DNA of 62,739 bases, counting the filler, from Phoronis australis (Eukaryota; Animalia; Phoronida): assembly GCA_002633005.1 (NCBI GenBank). It is 7 parts of 7 records of this genome, joined end to end, with 100 filler letters (N's around TTAATTAATTAA, not from the genome) between each part and the next. Parts side by side here need not be neighbours in the genome. Positions count along the whole stretch, not along the records: positions 1 to 19,902 come from NMRA01001437.1; positions 20,003 to 23,135 come from NMRA01003202.1; 5 more parts are not named here. One strand, written 5' to 3'. Shown here in pieces: positions 12,652 through 23,032 of the stretch. Numbering within the stretch: the first letter of the stretch is position 1; each line of letters begins with the position of its first letter. The notes under the pieces are model-generated. The model had not been told where the DNA came from. It did no database searches and worked only from the letters and a program-made list of their open reading frames with translations. A program made the translations under genes and the position numbers.

Positions 12652-15412
12652 AGGAGAATGCCACACGATTTAATTAGTCTTTTTTACCGTCTTAATCAGT
12701 CTATATACACATCGCCTTTTATATGGTGGACCTCACCTTCCCGAGAGGTGTCGCGTTATCCTGTGAGGAAGTTGAGAAACGACGCAGTGACGTCAGTGGT
12801 TCGTCTGCAGAGGAAATGCCGCTATATCGCGGTGCATTGTTCCCGCTTGTCTGAACTATGAAGCAGCGAAGAAAGCGGGTACATCATTTTTTTCGACTTC
12901 CTCGAGAGCCCGAAATGCTTAGGAAGTGGTTCGCGGTAGTGAAGATTGATAGGTACGCTGCTAATAGCAAGTATAAGGCCGTGAAACATCTCCGTGTCTG
13001 TGGCCGGCATTTCGTCGACGGTGATTACTCTGACGAATTCCGGCTTACCAAAGAACTATCCATACGTTTGTTGCCTGTGCATGTTCACGGCGCCTCTCTA
13101 GTATTTCTTGATCAGTGTATTCCGGTACGAATTGATAGCCTATGAAACCTAATGATCCGATCCGTGAAGTCTTCGTCGGATGAGCTCATGACTAACTATG
13201 TCGGAATTGGTGCTGGGTGAGTTGCCATGTAGACATTTATTATTCTGCGTTCTGTTTCAAAATGAATTATTATCATCCTAACCAATGCTTGTATAAAACT
13301 GAAACAAGGTCTGTCTCATTAGATACAATTTGTAATGCCTTTGCAGTATTCGTGAGTGCAAATGTTGAGAAGCCATGTAATGAATAAACCACTGCTTTAC
13401 CGGCTTTTGGTGCCGGCAATAAAGGTAATTGACCAGGCACCGAGGCCGTGTCGTGAGCGCATGATGCTACAGTGTTTGCTGCTGACAGAAAGATGTTGTG
13501 AAACAATTACTCGATTTTATATCTATGGTCACATGTTGGGGGAATCTTTATTCAGAAATACAAATACATTATTCAAATCATTCTTACTGTACAACCTTTG
13601 CCGTGACGGCCCTGTGGAAGGGGAACCCGACTTCGCGGCCCCCCGACAAGTAAGTAGATTTTCAGTTTCGTGGCTAATTCCCATTATTTCTTTGGCTCAC
13701 TATTATAGTCTTTTCGTGACTGGAGGTTTAGTTTCCAACTCGAGCTGATTTATGTTCGTGCCAGTCCCGGCGGCCGTGACGGGCCTGATCGGGTTCCGAG
13801 CTACTGGTCGGGATAATAATCGTGTTGTGTTTTTAGAACTCAAAAAATCATAAGTCTAAACAACACAGGTCTAGGTTTTCCTGTCTGTATTTCACGGAAG
13901 AATACTTCGAATTTATCTCTGAACAGACCCCAAACTCCTGCTATGGACCTTGGTAAATTGACCTGCTGATTTTTGTGGGTTACGGTGTGTCCAAATACCA
14001 GTAAATCCGTAACACGTTTTTATAAGAACTTGGTGTATTTTTNAAGTGGTTCGCGGTAGTGAAGAATGATAGGTATGCTGCTAATAGCAAGTATAAGGCC
14101 GTGAAACATCTCCGTGTCTGTGGCCGGCATTTCGTCGACGGTGATTACTCTGACGAATTCCGGCTTACCAAAGAACTATCCATACGTTCGTTGCCTGTGC
14201 ATGTTCACGGCGCCTCTCTAGTATTTCTTGATCAGTGTATTCCGGTTCGAATTGATAGCCTGTGAAACCTAATGATTCGATCCGTGAAGTCTTCGTCGGA
14301 TGAGCTCATGACTAACTATGTCGGAATTGGTGCTGGGTGAGTTGCCATGTAGACATTTATTATTCTGCGTTCTGTTTCAAAATGAATTATTATCATCCTA
14401 ACCAATGCTTGTATAAAACTGAAACAAGGTCTGTCTCATTAGATACAATTTGTAATGCCTTTGCAGTATTCGTGAGTGCAAATGTTGAGAAGCCATGTAA
14501 TGAATAAACCACTGCTTTACCGGCTTTTGGTGCCGGCAATAAAGGTAATTGACCAGGCACCGAGGCCGTGTCGTGAGCGCATGATGCTACAGTGTTTGCT
14601 GCTGACAGAAAGATGTTGTGAAACAATTACTCGATTTTGTATCTATGGTCACATGTTGGGGGAATCTTTATTCAGAAATACAAATACATTATTCAAATCA
14701 TTCTTACTGTACAACCTTTGCCGTGACGGCCCTGTGGAAGGGGAACCCGACTTCGCGGCCCCCCGACAAGTAAGTAGATTTTCAGTTTCGTGGCTAATTC
14801 CCATTATTTCTTTGGCTCACTATTATAGTCTTTTCGTGACTGGAGGTTTAGTTTCCAACTCGAGCTGATTTATGTTCGTGCCAGTCCCGGCGGCCGTGAC
14901 GGGCCTGATCGGGTTCCGAGCTACTGGTCGGGATAATAATCGTGTTGTGTTTTTAGAACTCAAAAAATCATAAGTCTAAACAACACAGGTCTAGGTTTTC
15001 CTGTCTGTATTTCACGGAAGAATACTTCGAATTTATCTCTGAACAGACCCCAAACTCCTGCTATGGACCTTGGTAAATTGACCTGCTGATTTTTGTTGGC
15101 TACGGTGTGTCCAAATACCAGTAAATCCGTAACACGTTTTTATAAGAACTTGGTGTATTTTTTAGGGTTTTACATCGAAGTTTGATTATTTATTGGTGTT
15201 AAACGATGAATTTAAGCGATAACCTGACACCAGTAACCCGTGTTGTGAACTGCTGAACCGACTGCGTGTGAAACCAATTACGTCATTGGATAATTTCAAC
15301 ACCTCCGTCTGCCGTCAGGTGTCGGGTAACGCAACCGAACATGCCGTTATCGAGTAGAACCACTCGACCTAAATTGATAAAATATGGGTTGTTTTTTGGG
15401 TGGCATTCTCCT
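12652..15412 (+). mobile_element. Non-autonomous Kolobok, family A copy 2, inserted in the Gypsy integrase
   Basis: TTAA TSD (12648-51, 15413-16); aggagaatgccac / gtggcattctcct TIRs; THAP remnant FFRLPREPEMLRKW...LRVCGRHF (12858-13145); internal 1120-bp duplication. Confidence 0.9.
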
Positions 15413-15933
15413 TTAAGGTTCCATTGTACTTTTCACACAACCTGTTGCATTGTGCGTGATAAGGTAAAGTTGTAACACACCTAATTGAGAGTAGTCTGTG
15501 GATTTCTTTATGGGCGTCCGTTTATGCAAAAAACATCAAATTTTGTATTAAATTCCATTTAATGAAGTCAATGCCAGTTACATGATAATTCAATCCTATC
15601 TTGTGCATTCAATGCTATTACATCAATTCAATACACACTCGTCGATTCCATATCGTGAATTCAATGCTGTCTTGTTTATTCTAACCTGTTTTGTGAATTC
15701 AGTGCTGTTAAATTGATTCTGTTTCGTCTATCATATCATATTGTGAATTCAGCCCCGTTTCATGAAGTCAATCCAATTTCGTCGATTCTTGTTTCATCAA
15801 TCCAAGCAGCCTATAGACGAAATTAATTTGTTGCAGGTGCGCATGCGTTTGAGTTTTCTGATTGTATGCGCATAGCGTAACGTCTGCTGTGACTGTCGTC
15901 AGAAGTGAAGCAAGATTTTTTTCTGACGATGTC

Positions 15934-16290
15934 ACATAGTCAAGTTTACGTGGAACCATCTTAATTGTTTTTATCAAGTGATTGTGAGTAATGTGGTGGC
16001 AGTTCAAACTATTTTGTCATGCATGTGTGAGGTTGGGGAACTAACTTTTACTATGGGCTGTACACAGTGGCAGTCTTACTAGGTTCTATTTTAGCACAGA
16101 ATGCGTGGTCTAGTTTCTGTGATTTCTTATTATCGGCTAGTGATATTCTATTACAATGTGTTTTATTGATAAATCGACACTGTAGATGGCATAAAAAACA
16201 TGCTCCTTCAAGAATCGCACCACACAGCACCCTAAGAATCAAACCACACTGCACCCTAGCAATCACACCACACAGCACCTTAAGAATCAC
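15934..16290 (+). repeat. Intronic segment nearly identical to 19539-19902
   Basis: acatagtcaagttt...cgtggaaccatcttaattg...catgctccttcaagaatcgcaccacacagc present in both. Confidence 0.9.
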
Positions 16291-16447
16291 ACCACACAGC
16301 ACCCTAAGAAGCCCACCACACACCCTAAGAATCCCACCCCACAGCACCCTAAGAATCCCACCACACAGCACCCTAAGAATCCCACCAAACAGCACCCTAA
16401 GAATCACACCACACAGCACCCTAAGAATCACATCACATAGCACCCTG
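16211..16447. repeat. 21-bp tandem repeat
   Basis: agaatcacaccacacagcaccct-type unit repeated ~11 times. Confidence 0.95.
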
Positions 16448-16830
16448 AGTTGCAAAGCATGCAAGCTCATCAGACCTTGAAATGCTGCAGGCTAATATTT
16501 AGTGGCCCTGGGTCTATAACTTGTTAAATAAATATTGTAACCCAAACCGACTGTGATCTCTGAGATGAATAATTATAACTGTACTTTTGTTATTCCATTG
16601 AACTAATTTAAAATCACTGTTGCCAAAGATTTCCATTTCCTATTGTAAGGCCTCACTTGGGATATATTGTGTGGTTATAGATAAGATTGTTTTTTTTGTG
16701 CTTGGCATAAATTTTTGGAGTGCATGGTGTTGTTTTGTGGAGGGTAGAAATGGTTTTTGCTTCGCGGTGAGTTCCGTGTTCCGTTTTCTAACTTTGTTAC
16801 TCTTCCTAATGTAACTCTGACTATTTTCAG

Positions 16831-16863
16831 ATCCTCCGTCAAATGGGAATATAGTTCAAAATG
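16831..16863 (+). CDS. TNFR-like gene, 33-nt microexon B2 (DPPSNGNIVQN)
   Basis: tgactattttcag|AT...ATG|gtaagtg, same flanks as 9829-9861. Confidence 0.7.
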
Positions 16864-16990
16864 GTAAGTGGCATTTTCATGATATCATTGACGTAATGAA
16901 GAAGCGTCATTTTATGATTGGTAGTATGTAATTGATGTGTCATTGTTGTGTGTCCGTCAAGCATCTACAAAATCCATGTGGTGTTAATGA

Positions 16991-18772
16991 TTTTTATGCG
17001 CCCACATATTTATATGTGGATTCATTATGCCATCATTCCCATCCGGCGTCCGCTGCTCTATGTCCAAAACCATTTGACGTATGTTCATGAAATTGTGGAA
17101 ATGTGTCCCTTTCAGAGATGGGACGGCACGAGCGAACTTTTGGTTGGATCCGAGTACCGGTGTGCCCCCTGGTGGCAATTTTAGTTTTTCCGTTTACCTC
17201 AGTGCCTTTAAAGGTACCCAACAAAATTTCAGGGCTTGGAATTTTCCGCGGAAACACGGATTTCCGCTTTTTTCAAATGTTCTGTCCACGCATTTTATTA
17301 TATTTCCGTGTAAAAAAATCGAATTTGATATAAAATTTCCGCGGCAAATTCCTTTCTTACCGCGGCGTTGCAGACGACGTTCACCCTGAAAAGCGGAAGT
17401 TGCTCTTTATGTTTCGGAGGAACGTAAATTGTCAATATTGCCGGGGCATCTGGGATAGCGTGGTGGGATTTTCAATGGCGCTTCGTGTGATTGTAAACCG
17501 CGGTGACAAATACTCCGCCAAAAACGTGCTGCTTGGGAGTGGACAGACGACCTAAAAAGACGCAGACGCATGCTACTGATGGTGGTAACGTTTTTTTTTT
17601 ATAGTCCTGCCGGTGTAAGGTTCACACCGACCATTTCAAGGCGGGGTAGCGCGCATGTTTTGGGCCGTAAAAGTTTCCGCGTTTTTTGTCATTGGTCATT
17701 CCAAGCCCTGACATTTTCTTTAAATTTGGTATATAGGCATCTATTAGTGAGATGGCGCTATGCTTCTATTTTCGAATGGATTTGACGTAGTTTATGCCAC
17801 CTATTGGCCGTTTTTACTGTTTTCGAGTCTGTTTTTTGGTGTCCTGCCCTCTATCAATCAAACCGCTCTAAGAATGATCATTGTGAAAATTGGCATAAGA
17901 AGAGGATGACTCATGATGATTTTCCGACGTGTTTGTCTTCTTTGGCGCCTCCTAGTGGCACTTTTGTGTTTTTTTTTCGTGCCCATGTCTGTATCTCCTT
18001 AACTATTTGCAGGTTCTTAAAATTACTAAATTTAGCAAGTGTATTTATGTGATGTTAACAACAGATGACTATGACTTTCGGACAGATCTGATTACCGGTT
18101 TGCCCCCTTGTGGCAATTTTTGTTTTTTATGTTTATCTCTGTATCTTCAAAGGTTCTCTACAGATTTTCATAAAATTTGGAATATAAGCATCTATTGGTT
18201 AGATGACGCTATCCTCCGTTTTTGGATGGAATTAAGGTATTTTGCGCCACCTTGTGGCTATTTTTGCTGTTTTTTAGTATGTTTTTTGGCGTTCACCAAA
18301 CCATTCTTAGGATGATTTTGAAATTGGCGTACATGTTCCGAAGCTCAGTGTAAAGAGGACGTTGGAGATGACGACTCCGACTACTGTGGTGCCTTATAGT
18401 GGTAGTTTTGTTTTCCACTCATACCTATATCTCCTAAATGCACTGCAGGATTTTTATTAAATTTAGTAAGTGTATTTATATTAAGTTAACAATAGACGTC
18501 GACTTGCAGGCTGATCCAGCGAACGCTTAATTCCTAGTCGCAATTTAATTTTTTTCCGTTTTCCTTTGTTTCTCTGAAGTTCCATGACAGACTTTTATTG
18601 AATTTGGTAAATAGCTTTTAATTAAAGAAGCGATGGCATGTTCCCATTTTCTGATGGACTGGATGTTTTGCGTCATCTAGTGGCCATTTTTATGATACAA
18701 CTGAACAACCCTAGAAGCACCCTGTTTGCGGTGCACTCGCGGGCACGTTTCAATGCTCCGCTTTGCTCTTGT
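16991..18772 (+). mobile_element. Helentron-associated interspersed element (HINE/DINE-like) with internal ~145-bp diverged tandem array
   Basis: starts tttttatgcgcccac with short hairpin (ccacatatttatatgtgg) and gtccg motif; ends gcgggcacg...ttgctcttgtt; recurring gcgccccctagtggc-like motif at ~140-157 bp spacing. Confidence 0.65.
17230..17710 (+). mobile_element. hAT-like MITE family C, nested in the HINE
   Basis: cagggcttggaat / attccaagccctg TIRs; second copy at 48400-48868. Confidence 0.85.
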
Positions 18773-19167
18773 TGCAAATACTGGTATATTTATGCCTAAG
18801 ATAGTTGGGAAGTCATGCGCACATTGTCGGATGGATCCAGCAACTGGTGAGCCCCCAGTGGCACTTATTTAATGTTTACTTCTGGATTTTCATAAACATT
18901 CGCAAATAGGTATCGATTAAGGAGGCAACACCTCCATTCGGTTTTAGTATGGATTTGATGTATTTAGCAGTGCCTACTGGCCATTTGTTTGTCCACCTCT
19001 TTCTCTCAGTCAACAACTTCACTAATGATTATGGAAATTAACAATTTCTGTTCCAGTGAAAAAAAATTTCAGACGATTTCGACTACTGTGGCTGTTTTTT
19101 GTTTTTCCATAACTTGTCAGCAAGCATCACTGCCATTAGATTTCAAAAATTTGGTGATTTATTGTAG

Positions 19168-19209
19168 CACAAGATGTTGAACCCAACTCCCCAGGTTGCC
19201 AAGTTGCTG
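19168..19209 (+). CDS. TNFR-like gene, 42-nt microexon A2 (AQDVEPNSPGCQVA)
   Basis: ttgtag|CA...CTG|gtaagc, phase 1-1; downstream intron resembles that after 9503. Confidence 0.7.
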
Positions 19210-19538
19210 GTAAGCTTCATTTACCATATTTTCCAGTCAATGTTAACTGTTGTAGTACAGGCTGTAGTGAGTGCCAGTGAGTCATGTTGTTCTGCCATGG
19301 CTATTCTACATTCATGGTCGACATATGTCCTGAATGATATGAGTGATAGGTGCGTCAAAAGCTCGTTACCAGAGATAAAAAGGAGACCATAGTAGGCAAT
19401 ATAAGGTCACTTATTATGACTAATACAATTACAAGCAATAGATAGTAAATAAAAATAAGTAAAATAATGATAATCTCTGTTAATATGGGCAATAAAAATG
19501 TTCCACAAGAGATGTTGTAAGAAAGCTCATGCACAATG

Positions 19539-19902
19539 ACATAGTCAAGTTTCAAGTTTACGTGGAACCATCTTAATTGTTTTTATCAAGTGATTGTGAG
19601 TAATGTGGTGGCAGTTCAAACTATTTTGTCATGCATGTGTGAGGTTGGGGAACTAACTTTTACTATGGGCTGTACACAGTGGCAGTCTTACTAGGTTCTA
19701 TTTTAGCACAGAATGCATGGTGTAGTTTCTGTGATTTCTTGTTATCGGCTAGTGATATTCTATTACAATGTGTTTCATTGATAAATCGTCACTGTAGATG
19801 GCATAAAAAACATGCTCCTTCAAGAATCGCACCACACAGCACCCTAAGAATCAAACCACACAGCACCCTACCAATCACACCACACAGCACCTTAAGAATC
19901 AC
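19539..19902 (+). repeat. Second copy of the 15934 segment, running into the 21-bp repeat and a gap
   Basis: direct sequence identity. Confidence 0.9.
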
Positions 19903-20002
19903 NNNNNNNNNNNNNNNNNNNNNNNNNNNNNNNNNNNNNNNNNNNNTTAATTAATTAANNNNNNNNNNNNNNNNNNNNNNNNNNNNNNNNNNNNNNNNNN
20001 NN

Positions 20003-20066
20003 TGAGGTAGAGTCTTCTGACCTCGGACATGGCAGCAGTTCAGAGTTCTTGTCGAGGACCTCAAAA
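20003..20066 (-). CDS. Possible exon fragment of an unidentified gene, truncated by the gap
   Basis: minus strand tttttcag|ATTTTGAGGTC reads (D)FEVLDKNSELLPCPRSEDST open to the gap. Confidence 0.25.
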
Positions 20067-22044
20067 TCTGAAAAATTATGTGATCAGAACAGTGTTAGAT
20101 CAAATCCAGTGACCATAACTTACACCCAATGGCATACAGTCCTCAAGACAGAGACAGGAGCGTTGAACTAGGTGGCGGCTATCCGCGGTATCCTCCCCAG
20201 CCTTGTTAACATGGCAAAAATCTATACTTTCACAATGAAAATTTAAATGCTACAATTGTTTTTACACTCATTTTATGAAGAGCCTGTAAATATGGTCAGT
20301 TGCCAATTTGGGAAACCCAACGAAGGACTACTTGAAAAAGTTTGATAACAACTAGGAGTATTTGTTACAGTTGGAAGGAATTAAAGACATCGACGGCCTC
20401 CTAAGGTGTCCATCTATGCGCAACAGGTACTTGTAGCAACAGAAATTTGATGTTTTAATCAGTGCAAGGAATAATTCGCCAAAAATCTTCCGGCATATGA
20501 AGCGCCTATAGGAGCTTCACCGTCTCGAAGGCCAGTCGAAACGGTGGCCACTGTCTAGGTTAGGGTTAGGGTTCATGGTATTTAGTGTCGCTCAAACACT
20601 GACAGTTGGTGATATTGTATATACAATATGGAGGATTCCTGTCAACCCCAACTCTATGTAAGTAGTGCACCAAGCTGTGTAATGTTCAGAAGGAGCTATT
20701 TTTCCTTCAAACCTCATTGCCAATATGCAGCTCTGTTTTGCTAATGTAGCAAGTAAACCAATAGTGTGATGTGTTCTGATCAAGAGTTGTGGATTCTTTG
20801 CTTCGCATGTGTTTCCTATGAAGCGCCAAAGGATTCATCGAGGAGACATCGAGGGCCTCCAAAGGTGTCTCTCTATGCGCAAAAGGTACTTAAAGCAGTG
20901 TGAAGGATAATTCGCCAAAAAGCTTCTTATACGAGCTTCAGTGTCTTTACTGGGGCCAGTCCAGATGGCAGCACTGTCGACTGAAAGTACACTTGTTTGA
21001 AACAGTTTTTGTCTCTCATGTCAGCCATAGCAAAATCGTGTCCCCGAGATGTCAAGTGTTTTCGAGGACGATATTTGTCCGTGAGAACATGCACTATCGT
21101 GTTTTTTCTAAAGAAGAAGCTTTAAAGAGGCAACCCTTTATCAATGACAATTACTGTTTTTACTCAGAGTTTCCCTAATGTGCCATGTGGTATCTTCAAT
21201 ATTCTAGCCAATTTTGGGGTCTTCTGACACACGCGTGATCATTGTAGCTATCATTCCTGCCGGGAGGTGTCGCAGGTTTATAATAGCGGTAACTGAGAGT
21301 GGCTGCCGCAAATGAACACCTCATAAAAACAGTGAATGCATGATTAAGAAGACCCTACTTGGTACGAGTAATATATTTTTGGAATCACCATGATCACCAT
21401 GGCGAGAGGGTTCAGAAAATATTAATATCAAGTATGTACGTTAATGGAGTCGGATTGTAAACAACTACCCGTTGGTGAGCAGAACGATGATCGCTTAAGA
21501 ACTAAAAGTACGCGTGCATTAAGCAAAAGTACGCCTAGATTAAGCACATTTCTACGCGCAGAAAGGTACTCGTTAAAAATCATTTGGCGCTTCATATTTT
21601 CCTGGTTTTCTGCACGTACTCTTGAAACATTAATGAAGCCCATCAGTCTGCACAAGGGCAACTCCATCTTGAAAGCTCCCGGATGGCGGAAGCGGAAATA
21701 CCAAGTTAATGGCGGCCTCCTTGAGCAGCATGAAAATTTCGTTGCAAAGTTTTGTGAGATTCGTCTCGAAAGGTAATGTGCATGTTTTTTATGGATAGTA
21801 AAGAAAACTATACAAAAAAATTAATACATGGATCCATTCAAGACGCCCCTGGATAAAAGAAGAAAAAGTAACCAGGGAACGGGGACCAAACAGAAGCTGG
21901 ACAATTTGAATGCTTGGGGCAAGCCTTGGGGGGGGGGGGGGGGNGGTCTGAAGAAAGTGACTATTCACCCGCCAAATTCACCCCAAAAAAGGTTTCAACG
22001 AGCTCATTGGCTTCCATAAGGAGTGAGGACTCACCAGTTAGCCT

Positions 22045-22585
22045 TGTTGTAGATGTGCTTCCGGTGAATTATATGAGCCTCTGCTCTGTTAGCTACTCGC
22101 TAACGGGCAATTGCTTATTAGCTGAATGGTTAGCACACTTGCTGGTTTTATGGGGGTCGCAGGTTCGATCCCTGGGTCAGGTGATCTCGGCTATTACAAC
22201 AAATGGCGTAGTCGGCAAACGGATGATCTACCGATGAAGCACTGCCAACTAGTACCCACGGACCTCGGGACAGTGCGCGTGGAAGGTTCCAGGAGTCAAG
22301 GACCTGTATGAGAGACGACCTTGTGTTCACCTGTGTTGTGGTGGTAAAGGTACCAAGGGACGTTGATGACCTGTATGCGAGACATCCTGGTGTCCACCTT
22401 CCTGTCGCGTGCCCGTTCCGTAGGAAAGGGGGGAATGTTGTAGATGTGCTTCCGGTGAATTATATGAGCCTCTGTTAGCTTCTCGCTAATAGGCGTGCCT
22501 ATTAGCTGAATGGTTAGCACGCTTGTCGGTTTTATGGGGGTCGCGGGTTCGATCCCCGGGTCGGGTGATCTCGGCTATTACTACA
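22045..22585 (+). mobile_element. TRIM (miniature non-autonomous LTR retrotransposon) with tRNA-like LTRs, Helenus-type
   Basis: LTRs 22045-22201 and 22436-22585 (TGTTGTA...TACAACA / TACTACA); TSD gcct both sides; PBS tggcgtagtcggca 22204-22217; PPT 22422-22435; A and B boxes in each LTR. Confidence 0.92.
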
Positions 22586-22619
22586 GCCTAATACACATGC
22601 AGCTACCCAAGCTTAAATA

Positions 22620-23032
22620 AAAACCAAACGGATGCCTGTGCACTTCAATTTGGCACAGGTTAATTGGTGATCCAAACTTATGCCTGCGTCAAACTGAAGC
22701 TACCGTAAGTTCCCAAGTGGTTAAAAGATTTTTGATGAGTATCAGAACCCAAATTTGACAACAAAAATGAGTTTTGACCTATACCTATGGAGGTCATGTG
22801 GATTAATCACATGGGGGAAGTTGTCTTGCGAAACTACTCACCACGCCACACTCACTGTCTTCAATTTCTGTTGTGATAACCGTTAAAAACCGTATAACCA
22901 TTGGCAGTAATTTGGGAACTTACAGTGGCTTTAGTTTGGCGTAGGCATCAGTTTGGCTCACCAATCTACGCCAAATTGTAGTACGCCAAACTGAAGTGCA
23001 CCAAATCACTTTGGCACAGGCATCAGTTTGAG
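22620..23032. repeat. Foldback-like imperfect inverted repeat
   Basis: attggtgatccaaacttatgcctgcgtcaaactgaagctaccgtaagttcccaa is inverted to ttgggaacttacagtggctttagtttggcgtaggcatcagtttggctcaccaat. Confidence 0.65.

Larger units (their letters stand above)
9869..15515 (-). mobile_element. Degenerate Gypsy LTR-retrotransposon pol, Gmr1-type order INT-RT-RNase H, no LTRs seen
   Basis: INT: PYHAQCNRLCEKYNGTL...QMLKRM...WDRFIEPLL (15500-12590); RT: MPFGLVNSGATY...NFVDDVLI (11420-11644); RH: LQTDHQSL...RIMRWA...NVGADF (9870-10120); frameshifts and stops. Confidence 0.9.

Noticed and set aside
12923-15162. 1120-bp tandem duplication inside Kolobok copy 2
   Set aside because: The copies are nearly identical and joined at a single N (14043), and copy 1 lacks the duplication; most likely overlapping haplotype contigs
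16051-16480. ORFs with ILRVLCG / PHSTLRI repeats
   Set aside because: By-products of the 21-bp repeat in an intron
20558-20573. Telomere-like ttaggg repeats
   Set aside because: Only about two and a half units; common inside invertebrate repeats
20383-20980. Diverged direct repeat (gacatcga.ggcctcc.aaggtgtc) ~460 bp apart as a second LTR pair
   Set aside because: No TG..CA ends, PBS, PPT or TSD found
22112-22185. Functional tRNA genes at 22112 and 22496
   Set aside because: A/B boxes are present but the anticodon arm and acceptor stem are poor, and both lie inside LTRs
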